NCBI RefSeq assembly: GCF_006345805.1
Contig: NW_021832048.1
Span: 1 to 34,601, forward strand
From: Octopus sinensis
Lineage: Eukaryota
DNA: 34,601 bases
Reading direction: 5' to 3'
Under the pieces are notes generated by a model. The model did not search any database. It had not been told where the DNA came from and saw nothing but the letters and a program-made list of their open reading frames with translations. Below are positions 12,555 through 24,740 of the stretch, in pieces (the first letter of the stretch is position 1; each line of letters starts with the position of its first letter). The translations under genes were made by a program, and so were the position numbers.

Positions 12555-12757
12555 GTTTGGCACAAGGTCAGCCATTTGGGTGAGTGTGTAAGTTGATTAC
12601 GTCGACCCCAGTTTTCAACTGGTATTTATTTCTCAACCACGAAATGATGAAAAAGAAAGCCGGCCGCTGAAAAATTTGAACTCAGATGATAAAGACGGAC
12701 CAAATGTCGCTAAGCATTTAATCCGGCGTGCTAACGATTCTGCCAGCTCACTGCCTT
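12555..12757 (-). mobile_element. SINE family B, diverged copy
   Basis: CTAACGATTCTGCCAGCTCACTGCCT and TTTGAACTCAGA match the family B reverse complement. Confidence 0.7.
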
Positions 12758-13549
12758 TCTGCGTTTTATCTAATATTAGAAAAGTATGAAATATGAAAAT
12801 AGATTTAACAAATAGTTGGCCTTGTCTTTATTAAATTGGTGTATGAGTTTGCAAGGTGAATACTACATTCAATGACAATGAGAAAATTTATAGCCAGACA
12901 CTTCAAAATAGATTAAGTCGAACCAGACAATCAGAGTTACTATCATGCGGCTCTTTATGGAGAAGGAATTTTAGATGGAAACTAGTAATTTCTGCAAACT
13001 GGACTAGAACTCTTGTGTATTTGATTGGTGGAAATTACAAACTTAATGTAATAAAAAAAAAGTAAACGACTTCTTCTTATTACTTCTTATAAAATAAAAA
13101 AAGACTACCAGCACAATTTCGGGAAAATGTAATCTTTCAATTGTAATGTTAACAGACTTAATTAGAATTCTTGTGAAATTATCGAATCCCTATCGAGAAG
13201 AATTTCCAAAGTTTTGTCAACACCAATTAGAAACTTTGATTTAATTAGCACCAAACTGAAATTCATTCTCTTAATTATGAAGTGAAAATGCGATTCCTTG
13301 AAATGGGAAAGAGATATATAAACGAGAATATAAAGAGAAAATGATAGCGAATTGAAATAAAGAGATTCAGAAAAGACTGCTTTGTCGGCTTATTTCTTCC
13401 AATACAATAACAATAATACTTGCAGATTTTAGTACAAAGTTAGCAATGCTACGAGAGAGGGAAATCAACGACAATCTACACCAAAGCTGGAGTGGTTTTT
13501 TAATCGATTTCAAGAGGACGGAACGTAAAACCAATCTATTTGTCTGTCT

Positions 13550-13787
13550 GCAGAAAGGCGGCGAGCTGGCAGAATCGTTAGCACGCCGGGCGAAATGCAT
13601 AGCCGTATTTCGTCTGCCGTTACGTTCTGAGTTCAAATTCCGCCGAGGTCGACTTTGCCTTTCATCCATTCGGGGTCGATAAATTAAGTACCAGTTACGC
13701 ACTGGGGTCGATGTTATCGACTTAATCCCTTTGTCTGTCCTTGTTTGTCCTCTCTGTGTTTAGCCCCTTGTGGGTAGTAAAGAAATA
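13550..13787 (+). mobile_element. SINE family B, full length with TSD
   Basis: 13-bp TSD TATTTGTCTGTCT at 13537-13549 and 13788-13800. Confidence 0.9.
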
Positions 13788-14877
13788 TATTTGTCTGTCT
13801 CCTACTTCTTTCTCTCTCTTTATGTATATAATAATAATGTAGTTGTGAGTGTTTGGTATGATTTGTTTATTGTTGCACAGGCACACTAACAGGTATTGGT
13901 TTATTTGCGGCCACTCATGTCCCTTGAGTTCACGATTATAGAGAAAGGACACCACAGGTTCTGGGGGCAAATATTTTAGACCAAATTATTGAAAGTGTTA
14001 GCCCAAGATGGGGCCAGTCTCCAAGGGCATTGTACTTCAGTAAGCACGTATATGTTTGTATATAAGCGGCGTTTCGTCAGGTTTTATATTCTGAGCTCAA
14101 ATTCCGCCGAAGTCGCCTTTGCCCATCTTCCGCACGAGAATTTCTAGAAAGGAGTTACATTCGAACCTGTTGGTCGACGCTTGACAGACCCAGATGTGTG
14201 CGTTTTGGTAATGCATGTACTGAAAAAAAACGTTATAATCCCCCCCCCACATATATATATATATATATATATATAAACGAATATATATGGTACGTATGCG
14301 CGCCTACGTCTGTTATACATAATAGTTGTTATTGGTCGTGCTGTTGTAGTTACAGTGAACTAGGTGTTCCAGGGAGAGAGAGAGCTTGAAAGAGAGAAAG
14401 AGAGGTGGGGATAGGCTGAGAGAGAAAGGGGGAGAGAGAGTGGTAACATTGATCACGTAATTGTGCGCATGTTTGAGAAAATATAGAAGCCAACGAAAAA
14501 ATATGACATATGAAAAACTGCTAAATACTTATATTACAGTATCGCGTCATCCATATTTGCGTGCAATAGCTACAGTCATTACAACTATGCAAACAAAGAA
14601 AGACTTAAACATTTCCCAATAAGTTTCTGGCAATTCTCAAATTGAACTAATTGGATATGGAAACGGCTGTAGGGATAAGAATTTCATATTATGTTGATTT
14701 GAATATCTTTGAATAAACTGATGTCTATACGTCAATAACTCCAGTTCCTTCTTATCTATATATATATATATATATATATATTCTTTGTTGTAAAACAAAG
14801 AATTGTCAGGATAAAGCATTAGAATCGTGACAGTCAAAGTTGGTGCATAAGAAAATGGGGCATTTCATCTTAAAAAC

Positions 14878-14957
<80 letters not shown>

Positions 14958-15649
14958 ATGTATATATATATATATGTGGTGTGTGTGTGGTGTGTGTGTA
15001 TGTATATATACACGCACACACGTGTATGTATCTATGTATGTACGAATTCGATTATTGGTTCTATGAAAATGCAAACGTGAGTTTGAATGTCCGACTGCGT
15101 CTTTGTTTATCGCGATTGTATGACGTTTAAGTATATTTACGGCTTTATTTAACGGTAAATTATTTTCTGTGTATTACATTTTGCTTGATTCATAATATCT
15201 TTTAATTTTTTACTGTCTTTGCTTTGTATTAGTTAATCTATTGTTTACATGAGATGAGTTCTTCATTTTAGCTCATCTTCCTGTGCAGACGCGCAGCACA
15301 ATAAATCTAATTAAATGGATTTTTATAGAAATCAGCGAATATAAAGCGAGCTACCTTTTGAGAATTCAGCTGTGGAGACACATCTTCACATATGATACAT
15401 CACCATTTATTCCACAGCCTCTCACCTACACACGATGGGCCGAAATGATCGTAGTGAATAAAGAGTCCATGGAATTTCATGGTCTTTCTCTCATGTTTTC
15501 GTTAACTCTACAGACACAATGGAATTTCTGACGAAAATCCAAAATATGCACCCACATACATGCACACTCACGCAGTAAAACATATATATATATATATATA
15601 TAACAATGATAAATCTCAGAGCGAGTTATAAACAGTAGCAGCACACATC

Positions 15650-15847
15650 GTGACGTATATTTGCCATTTGAATATGGCTAACCCGTAAGGGTGGATGCTA
15701 CTGTAGTTTGTAGCCCCAGGAGAACACCTGATAGGGTACAGAAAGTGTGTATATAGCCAGCTGGAGGAGGTGTCCTCCTGGGGCTACAAACTACAGTAGC
15801 ATCCACCCTTAGGGGTTAGCCATATTCAAATAGCAAATATACGTCAC
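15650..15847. repeat. 198-bp foldback element, copy 1
   Basis: 80-bp arms at 15650-15729 and 15768-15847 with 3 mismatches and a 38-bp spacer. Confidence 0.85.
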
Positions 15848-15883
<36 letters not shown>

Positions 15884-15908
15884 TTATGTATATGTATGTG
15901 TGTGTATG

Positions 15909-15962
<54 letters not shown>

Positions 15963-16528
15963 CACGCACACACGTGTATGTATCTATGTATGTACGAATT
16001 CGATTATTGGTTCTATGAAAATGCAAACGTGAGTTTGAATGTCCGACTGCGTCTTTGTTTATCGCGATTGTATGACGTTTAAGTATATTTACGGCTTTAT
16101 TTAACGGTAAATTATTTTCTGTGTATTACATTTTGCTTGATTCATAATATCTTTTAATTTTTTACTGTCTTTGCTTGTATTAGTTAATCTATTGTTTACA
16201 TGAGATGAGTTCTTCATTTTAGCTCATCTTCCTGTGCAGACGCGCAGCACAATAAATCTAATTAAATGGATTTTTATAGAAATCAGCGAATATAAAGCGA
16301 GCTACCTTTTGAGAATTCAGCTGTGGAGACACATCTTCACATATGATACATCACCATTTATTCCACAGCCTCTCACCTACACACGATGGGCCGAATGATC
16401 GTAGTGAATAAAGAGTCCATGGAATTTCATGGTCTTTCTCTCATGTTTTCGTTAACTCTACAGACACAATGGAATTTCTGACGAAAATCCAAAATATGCA
16501 CCCACATACATGCACACTCACGCAGTAA

Positions 16529-16565
<37 letters not shown>

Positions 16566-16612
16566 CAATGATAAATCTCAGAGCGAGTTATAAACAGTAG
16601 CAGCAACACATC

Positions 16613-16806
16613 GTGACGTATATTTGCCATTTGAATATGGCTAACCCGTAAGGGTGGATGCTACTGTAGTTTGTAGCCCCAGGAGAACACCTGATAGGGT
16701 ACAGAAAGTGTGTATATAGCCAGCTGGAGGAGGTGTCCTCCTGGGGCTACAAACTACAGTAGCATCCACCCTTAGGGGTTAGCCATATTCAAATAGCAAA
16801 TATACG

Positions 16807-16810
<4 letters not shown>
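16613..16810. repeat. 198-bp foldback element, copy 2
   Basis: Identical by eye to 15650-15847. Confidence 0.85.
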
Positions 16811-16837
<27 letters not shown>

Positions 16838-17708
16838 GTTCATGCGCGTGTGTGGTTGGGTGGGGGTTTAAGGGAATACTGGAAGGGCAAGGTAAAAGAA
16901 ATGCGGTATTACCTTAACATATGAAGGGGAAAAGAAAGAATCGTAATATTTCGGATGTAAGCCCTTCATGAGAATAAAGAGAAAAGCATATGGGTGAGAA
17001 AGAGGAAAAGACAGCGATTAGAAGAAGAAACGGACTATGTAAAAAAGTCGATCTATATGAGATGACAAGAAGGGAGGTGGAACGTGTATATAAACGAATG
17101 AAAAAGAATGGATCCGTTTCATGTGGTGGGCATATGAGATGAGTGGTTTGTGTTTGGTATTTTGGAAAGTGTGCATATGTAGAAGTATTTTGGTATAAGT
17201 CAGAGGGTATTTGAGGTGTTGTGGCATAGAATGAAAGCATGGGTGTGAGGAAGTGAGAGCGGCTGCGTGTGTGTATGAGGCGAAGAGTGATATGACATAT
17301 CTTTGAGTGAAAGTAAATGAGTCGGACATTGACAAGAAAGAAATATTTCAACTAAAATATGCAAAGAGAGAAAATTCACAGTTCAGTGCGAAATGACAAA
17401 TGAAAGAAAAATATTTGATAAAAAATGAAAACACTAGTAAAACGTAGAAAAGCAAGAGAGAGAGAGAGAGAGAGAGAGGCGGATGAGAGGGAGAGGCAGA
17501 GATACGGACAGACAGATGGAGAAATTAAGACTTCTGTGAGAGATGAAAAGTTATTTAAGCATTACATAAAGCTGTTAAAATATCCGGAGACGTCAGATGG
17601 AATGTCCAAAAGATAGTAACTCAGTAAAAACAAATTAGACGAGGCACATGGAAAGTGGTGGGGGATGTGGATAATGTGATGAACGTGTGCTAAAAGATTT
17701 TACATAAA

Positions 17709-17740
<32 letters not shown>

Positions 17741-18018
17741 ACACACACACACACAGAGAAACTCGCACTAAACTACAGACACAGATTACACACATATATA
17801 GAAGATGATCATAATATTTAGATACATGGCGTTATTACAAATGTTCTTGGTTTTCTTACACAGATTGATTGTGACTTTGTCTAAAGACATTATCTTTCCA
17901 GACTATAGTCATCCTGTATACATACATATCTTTGTATTCATACATACATATATATGTATATATAAGAACAAATCTCTCTATATATCTGTGTGTGTGTGTA
18001 TGTGTGTGTGTGTTATTT

Positions 18019-18144
18019 TTATGCAAGACCGTTGTTGACATTGACTTAGAAGTTCTGGCCAGCCATGCCATCATCTACCTGGAGTTTGACGATGGATTAG
18101 GTGGCCAAAACTTCAAAGTTACTCGCAACAACATTCTTGTATAA
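18019..18144. repeat. Gapless imperfect inverted repeat (decayed MITE or hairpin RNA)
   Basis: 57-nt arms at 18019-18075 and 18088-18144 with a 12-nt loop; 45 of 57 positions pair. Confidence 0.65.
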
Positions 18145-18185
18145 TAATGATATATTTGTACTCTATAGAGTAACCCACCGGATTA

Positions 18186-18221
18186 ATATAATATAAGATA
18201 TATATGTATATATATATATAT

Positions 18222-18268
<47 letters not shown>

Positions 18269-18284
18269 CATATATATATATATA

Positions 18285-18369
<85 letters not shown>

Positions 18370-18436
18370 GTATGTAGGTCTATATATATATATGTATGTC
18401 TGTGTGTGTGTGTATATATATATACACTCACACACA
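18186..18436. repeat. (TA)n-rich tract
   Basis: Directly visible. Confidence 0.9.
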
Positions 18437-18769
18437 TTCGTACATATTGTGATAATATAATGAACTTGTTACTTAAATCTATTCATCCAAACGACACTGT
18501 ATCATTGATATATATTTCGAAGGCATCTTCAGTTTTGTTCCGGAGTGAATGTCGTAAACGGCGTGACACTCAAACACATCTTATGATAATCACGATATTA
18601 CAATACCGTATTATTTATAAAGTAGTGGATGAAAAACATTAAAAAGCCTCCTGGGATAAATGATTTGCAGTATATATTTGAGTCCTTTTGTAGTTTGATT
18701 TGAAACTCAACTGGGATTTCATTTCCTTTCTTCAGGTACCCATATGCACCAGTCATTTACTGGGGTCTC

Positions 18770-19300
18770 TCGCCACATTAGAATCCCCTGTCTGAAGTCC
18801 TAATCTTACATCAGAATCTTGCATCAAAATTATGAGTTTTCAAGATGTTTGCTAATTCCCCATGCAATATTTTAAACAACACTTTACTAAAGATTTGACA
18901 AGGAATTGTTGCAGAATGATGGACAACAGTTTCCCGGTAGCAACGCTGCTTAGGAAATAGTTCTGGAGTTTCATGTTTTTTAGAACTAGTGTTCGTCATC
19001 CCTATGTTTACATGTCAGGAAAAATACATTTTTCGATGCATATTTCAATTCCTTTTTCTCATTTCTGTACGAACCTATTTCAGTTTTTTTTCTTTGTGTA
19101 TTTTGAATCATCCCTGTCAATCCGTTTCCTAATTACCTCGCGTTAGTTTTCTTTTCCATAATAATCATACATTGCGCCTGTCACTATATCATCTGCCCTG
19201 TCCGCGCTGAAAAATTCTATAGAGTCTTGCAACTGTCATTTTTAATAACAGCTTTTGGCTAACGTAGGTACTCCTTTTCATCGATCTTGGATGGAAATTT
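18770..19300 (-). pseudogene. Decayed non-LTR retrotransposon reverse transcriptase N-terminal fragment
   Basis: SAPGPDG-like region near 19185-19210, then TIPCQIFSKVLFKILHGELANIL and a downstream RGF. Many stops and frameshifts. Confidence 0.45.
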
Positions 19301-22038
19301 CTGAATAGCCTTCAAATATGTTCTTTATTTTGTCACATCATTGTTTATAATCCTTTTGCACCTAATTGTTTCACTGCATCCACGCAAGATGATTGGCACT
19401 TTCATTTAGAACATCCAACACTCGCTCTCTTCTTAGATGGAAGCCACTGTTTCCTTCGACGCAATCTGTAACGATTTTTCAGTGAAGATAATAGGATGTA
19501 ACTTGGCTGTAGCTAGTTGTACTGTTGCACATGTCATTAAACGGTAAAAGCAGGTCGAGCGATTCCAGTTTTAACTGAAGAGACAGAAATATAGGAAATA
19601 AGACACGAAAAGAAACAAGAACATTTCAGACATCGACTTATTTCCTCATGAAACATAGTTATATTAATTTTTAATTAATTTTTATGAAAAAAAAAATTGG
19701 AAAATATGATGAATTTCCGAAGGAAACTTAAGGCTGTTTTGTTTTGAAATTTTGTATACGAAAAAAACTATTCTAACTAATTAATTATTGAACAAATACA
19801 TCGATTTGCATTATTTTAGAATATGGTTTAGAATATAATTTTATGAGAATTGTGGATGCAAGAATAGGGAAATGGTTAAGAAGTTTGCTTTAAAATACTG
19901 AAAGGATGTCTTGCCTCGACAATTGAAATTAACCCTACTCTAATCTCATTAGGCAAGTTTCTTCTACGTAATCTCAGGTAAAAATGAATGAAATTGTTTG
20001 GAGACAAAATGTGTTTAATTCTCATGGAAGAATTGTACTTTATGAGCCATGGTCTCACATCCATTACCCTCTCCTCGGCCTATCATTCATGAAAGATCTG
20101 TTAAGGACTTTTTGACTAAAGATCAACTAGGGGAAACATTGATATTGAGACACTCTCTAACCTCACTCCATTAGATGGAAATCAAAGCTTATGATATAAA
20201 CTACTACACTAAAATACCTCTATATCACGATAAACTACACATAAATAAATGCACTGACGATAGAGCGATAGCATTGCGATGGCAATAAGAAATTGTACGC
20301 GTTTAGGTGTGTTATATCCTCGCTGATCTTGTCCAGTCTATTCCATCTCCGGTCTCTGTATGCCTTATATTCTGCGGAAGCAATTCAAGCTGTTTTCAAT
20401 TTGTACTTCTGGGTAGTTTCTGCAGTAAGTCATGAAAATAATGAGTTAGGGAATGCTCTTTGAAATTATATAGCCGAAGACATTTTAAATGATTCTTATG
20501 TCACAGCCTTTCTGTTATAGAGTTCCATTCATTATCACCTTTATGTATCAATCTTCTGTAACATTTTCTCATGAACTGTCAACGAACTGTTAAATTTAGA
20601 GAGCTGGTTCAAATTATTTTGGGTTAAAATCTAAAAATTAACAGGGGTCTTATACCGAATTTCGATTTCTGATTCTACTATTTTCGGCATTTGATATCAT
20701 AAAAAAAATAAATAAAGAAACTCTCTTTCCTTAGAATGTCTCATCAATGATGGATGCTACATTTCGAATTTCTAGGTTTTCTGTCATTATATTTATTTTT
20801 GATGGCGTCAGTGTCTATTGAAGAGAATAATTACAAAGCTGAAGAGTTAAATTATAGATTTAACATTTTATCGTATCTGCCAGCCGTGTATTCTTCGGAA
20901 CTACTATTGTCATTTGCACCACTCAATATGTCTAACCGTCAAAGTCTGACCTACCATTCTATTTTCATATTTGTTTTCTCCGTGGCTTATTTCACCAGCC
21001 TCCATTCTGATATCTCAGAAAATAATAATGCAAGAATTTCTGTTTCTTTAATGTTTATTGAACAAAAGAAATTCATGGAAGTTATTTCGATATTAACTGC
21101 CACCCTATTCAATGTTCTACGCCATGGGGTATATGTTAAGCGACATTATTTATACAATAACGAAAATGCGATACAATCACTTCCATACATATACGTACAT
21201 AACAATAACATTGCCAGTGTCTGTGGTTATAATAGTTATTTGTGCAAATTACATTAAAATACTGACCGTAAACGTAGCAGGCACATACACACAGCTTCAT
21301 AATTACTCTCATATTTTCGATTCAAATTCTGAATATAAATGGACACATAAAAAAAGGTGTATAGCAAAACTGTTTATTTTAAATATTAGCGAGCAGAATA
21401 GGTATTTGTGTCAATTAAATTCAAACTGCTACTTATGTAAACAAACAAAATGTAATTTTCGGTTAAAATTTATTTCCGCTGGTTAATGCATCACGATGAA
21501 ATAGAAAGCGTACTTAACGTTAGGTCCTCCAATGTTATGAGATGCATAAGGCAAGAAGCTTTTCCTAGAGTGGCCCATCTGTCGAACATCTTTTCCGTTC
21601 CTGCACAAATTGTTCTCGAGCGTCGTCAGGTTCCTATAAAGTCTGGGACCAAGTAATCCTCAACCGGTACTTATTCGCCATTTTCCTTTGCACACCGAAA
21701 GCGCAAAATATAATCTGCTATGTGAAAAAGCGCATTACAGGTGAACATATTAACAAGAAGTAAGGCCACATTAGATATTGCAGACATATATTCTAAGAAA
21801 AGGAGAGAATGGTCGTATATGACATACATTTAATAATATGTCTGCTAAATTACGTGTGACCTATGCCTCAACGAAATTACAGTCAACTTTGAAAATTTAT
21901 GTTTCTCTTAAGATCTTCTTGTAAATTCTGAGGGGTTGTCACTATGCAGCGCCATCATTTATTATTACATTGAATTCCAATATCAGTATGTATAAATTAC
22001 GTCAAGATACTTTATTGAAATCATCATCATCGTCATCA

Positions 22039-22107
<69 letters not shown>

Positions 22108-22110
<3 letters not shown>

Positions 22111-22358
22111 GTTTGACTTTTGCTTTACATTTATACAAGTTGGCTCCAAGTCTCTCCCAGAGACGTCAAGAGACAACAAATTAGAAGTTCATGATGGTGT
22201 TATGCCTAGACTGTCATATATTTGGTTTTGTACGTAATATTGTTCTAGAGAATGTTTAAGAAAACAAAGAAATTATGAATTTGTTTTAAAATTTGAGATT
22301 ACATAGAGAGTATTTTACGTTGGATATGGGCCGTTCCCATGAGCACTGCCACCTTTTT
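22108..22358 (-). mobile_element. R4/Dong-like LINE 3' end (family 1)
   Basis: Encodes VLMGTAHIQRKILSM*, followed by a 3' UTR that runs into (TAA)n at 22041-22108. Confidence 0.75.
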
Positions 22359-22367
22359 CATCGACAG

Positions 22368-22625
22368 CTCAACTGTGAAAATTCACGATGAAGATAGTGC
22401 CAATGACCGTTGGGTCCTTGGGGACTGTGGTTAGACTGCATCGAGAGTAATATAAAGGAAATGGGAGTATAGTGCTCAGTACAGCTGCTAAAAGAGTTAT
22501 CTGAAAAGTATTAGTCGCAATGAACAGATAGCATGGTACCGTAGGCAGGAGGCAGCTCAAGGAGGTCCCAAAGACACTTGATTTAAAAGACTGAAAAAAC
22601 CTAGATTCAATGCATTCAAGCATTT
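22368..22625 (+). mobile_element. R4/Dong-like LINE RLE-domain fragment (family 2)
   Basis: MKIVPMTVGSLGTV...KEMGV..SVQLL...KVL resembles the RLE tail VVPIVIGALGTV. Confidence 0.55.
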
Positions 22626-22812
22626 AGTTTCATCCATTTGGGGCTGGAATGTTTTTTTGCTATTCACCCTTACACGCTTTCATAAAACACCTCAGCTGGA
22701 TACAGTGAATTGCACACTTTTAAGCATTTGAAACAGAAATGTGTTATAATTACTCGTGGATGTTGTCATCATTCTAATTATCTACTTTGTGTTATTTGTC
22801 GATTTTATTTAG

Positions 22813-22926
22813 GTTCCTGGGAACTTCCATGTTTCCACTCATTCAGCTAATCCACCTCCCTCTGATGCTGATATGGGCCACATAATACACGAAGTACGCT
22901 TTGGAAATACGAAGACACATGATTAT
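22813..22926 (+). CDS. ERGIC1: Internal coding exon of ER-Golgi intermediate compartment protein 1 (ERGIC-32)
   Basis: Acceptor ttttatttAG (AG 22811-22812) and donor GTAAGT (22927-22932); 114 nt, phase 0-0. Translates VPGNFHVSTHSANPPPSDADMGHIIHEVRFGNTKTHDY, similar to vertebrate ERGIC1 VPGNFHVSTHSATAQPQNPDMTHVIHKLSFG as recalled. Confidence 0.9.
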
Positions 22927-22962
22927 GTAAGTAATATGTTCTATATATATTCATATGTGTGC

Positions 22963-23005
<43 letters not shown>

Positions 23006-23383
23006 GTGTGTGTACATAATGTTGATAGTGGTGTAACTACACGGCGTTAGAGAATAGGAGTAAATCTCAGAAAAAAAATGTACAATTTCATCCTTTACGG
23101 TGAATTTAACAGTGAATCATGATTAGTGAAACTGTATCTTTTATACTGAAATAAGCTTTGGAATTTATAGAGTGCGGAGGTTAGCCAACTGCATCGAAGC
23201 ATATTCTAGACTGGTTCCAATTTATCAATCCAGAGGAATTTGAATTTACAACCTACCGACGGACGACATGCCACCGAGCATTTTGACTAGTGTGCTAAAG
23301 ATGCAGCAAGCTCCCCGCATTAATGATAATAACAACAATAACAACAACATCAACGATAACAACAACAACAAAACAACAGCAAC

Positions 23384-23451
<68 letters not shown>

Positions 23452-23486
23452 CAATAATAATAATATTAATAACACTTCTAATTAAT

Positions 23487-23980
23487 ACTCCCCCACTATT
23501 TCTGCTCGTGGTTAGAGATGGACATATCGTCAGCAACAAAGGGATATCCCACAGATTTGCTTGTAAGTTGTTTGACCTTATCCAGTTGAGCATATCCCTT
23601 GGTGGCTGACGATATGTGCATCTCTGATCACGAGCAGAAGTAGTGGAGGAGAATCATAGCCATGTGTTGAAATGAATTATTTTAGTTTGGATAATTCACC
23701 TTTGGAAACAGGGGTGGTTCGTTCAACATCCTTAAACAACCCTTATTCAGGGACCTTTTGAGCGGGATGGGCTACTCAACCTGAAGAAAATTCTAACTGG
23801 GCCCCACCTGCAAGGTCATGTGCTGTTTATCTTGATATGAGACCACCATGTCGCGTACATATGGTTGTGATGCATGTGCCTGCTGTACCCTTATCAGACG
23901 GGTAGTCATGGTGGGTATACTAGGTTTCGTATATTTTGCCCCAGTGTCACTTTGATGGCATGCACTTCTATCTCACTCAG
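23487..23980 (+). mobile_element. Same non-coding repeat, copy 3, with an inverted 5' segment
   Basis: 23552-23980 is the reverse complement of about 8848-9280. 23487-23550 is an inverted copy of about 23592-23652. (AAT)n lies on both sides. Confidence 0.75.
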
Positions 23981-24000
23981 TAATAATAATAATAATAATA

Positions 24001-24041
<41 letters not shown>

Positions 24042-24042
24042 T

Positions 24043-24180
24043 TAACAGCAAACGTAAACAGACTGTATATGAACAGAAAGAATGGCAGCAAGGGACTGAT
24101 TAGTATACACCGCTGTTTAAGGAGTGAGAGGAGAACGCTCGCCGAGTATTTGATAAATAGTGACGAAGATCTGCTGCAAT
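24043..24180 (+). mobile_element. R4/Dong-like LINE RT-thumb fragment
   Basis: ANVNRLYMNRKNGSKGLISIHRCLRSERRTLAEYL matches the RLYLPRKEGGRGL motif. Adjacent to (AAT)n. Confidence 0.7.
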
Positions 24181-24431
24181 CAATTCCCGGCGACGCGTTG
24201 TGTCCTTGAGCAAGACTTTATTTCACGTTGCTCCAGTCCACTCAGCTGGCAAAAATGAGTTATACCTGCATTTCAAAGGGCCGGCCTTGTCACACTGAAT
24301 CTTCATGAGAACTACGTTAGGGGTACGCGAGTGTGCGGATTGCTCAGCCACTTGCACGTTAATTTCACGAGCAGGCTGTTCCGATGATCGTACCAGCTGG
24401 GACCCTCGTCGTCGTAACCGACGGAGTGCTG
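24181..24431 (+). mobile_element. 5'-truncated CORE-type SINE (octopus OR2-like; name tentative)
   Basis: CORE-like GTGTCCTTGAGCAAGAC...CAGCTGGCAAAAATGAG. The 3' ~170 bp is shared with 30190-30370. Confidence 0.7.
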
Positions 24432-24435
24432 GTTC

Positions 24436-24472
<37 letters not shown>

Positions 24473-24475
24473 TAG

Positions 24476-24507
<32 letters not shown>

Positions 24508-24544
24508 AGATATAGATATGGATATATAGATATATAATATACAT

Positions 24545-24740
24545 CGCAATGATAGATCGCTAGCTACTAAACTTTTTCTATTTTCTCTCCCTATTTATTT
24601 CTGTGTTTCTTTCTGTCGAAGAGCGGAGGCTCGAAACGTAAAACACTTCTCTCTTCCCGGGCGTTAAACTAATACATCTGTTTGCTGTTTACACACCGTC
24701 TTCGTCTTTTATTTATTTATTTCTTCGTAAATTATCACCA
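24545..24740 (+). mobile_element. Penelope-like fragment with a degenerate HHR-like motif
   Basis: GAGC(GGAG)GCTC-GAAA-CG-TA-AAACAC at 24621-24646, preceded by a non-canonical CTGTCGAA. Follows a (TA)/(GATA) tract. Confidence 0.4.

Larger units (their letters stand above)
14882..16837. repeat. Tandem duplication with a ~960-bp unit
   Basis: 15011-15847 matches 15963-16810 apart from single-base indels and (TA)n length. Confidence 0.9.

Noticed and set aside
17932-18144. Protein-looking peptide TVVDIDLEVLASHAIIYLEFDDGLGG
   Set aside because: The segment is an inverted repeat with no convincing splice sites and is better explained as a hairpin.
20250-20305. CTGACGA...GAAA hammerhead-like spacing
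   Set aside because: Stems I and II do not close properly.
20754-21486. 167-aa and 124-aa ORFs
   Set aside because: AT-rich composition with no recognisable motif or splice support; probably chance.
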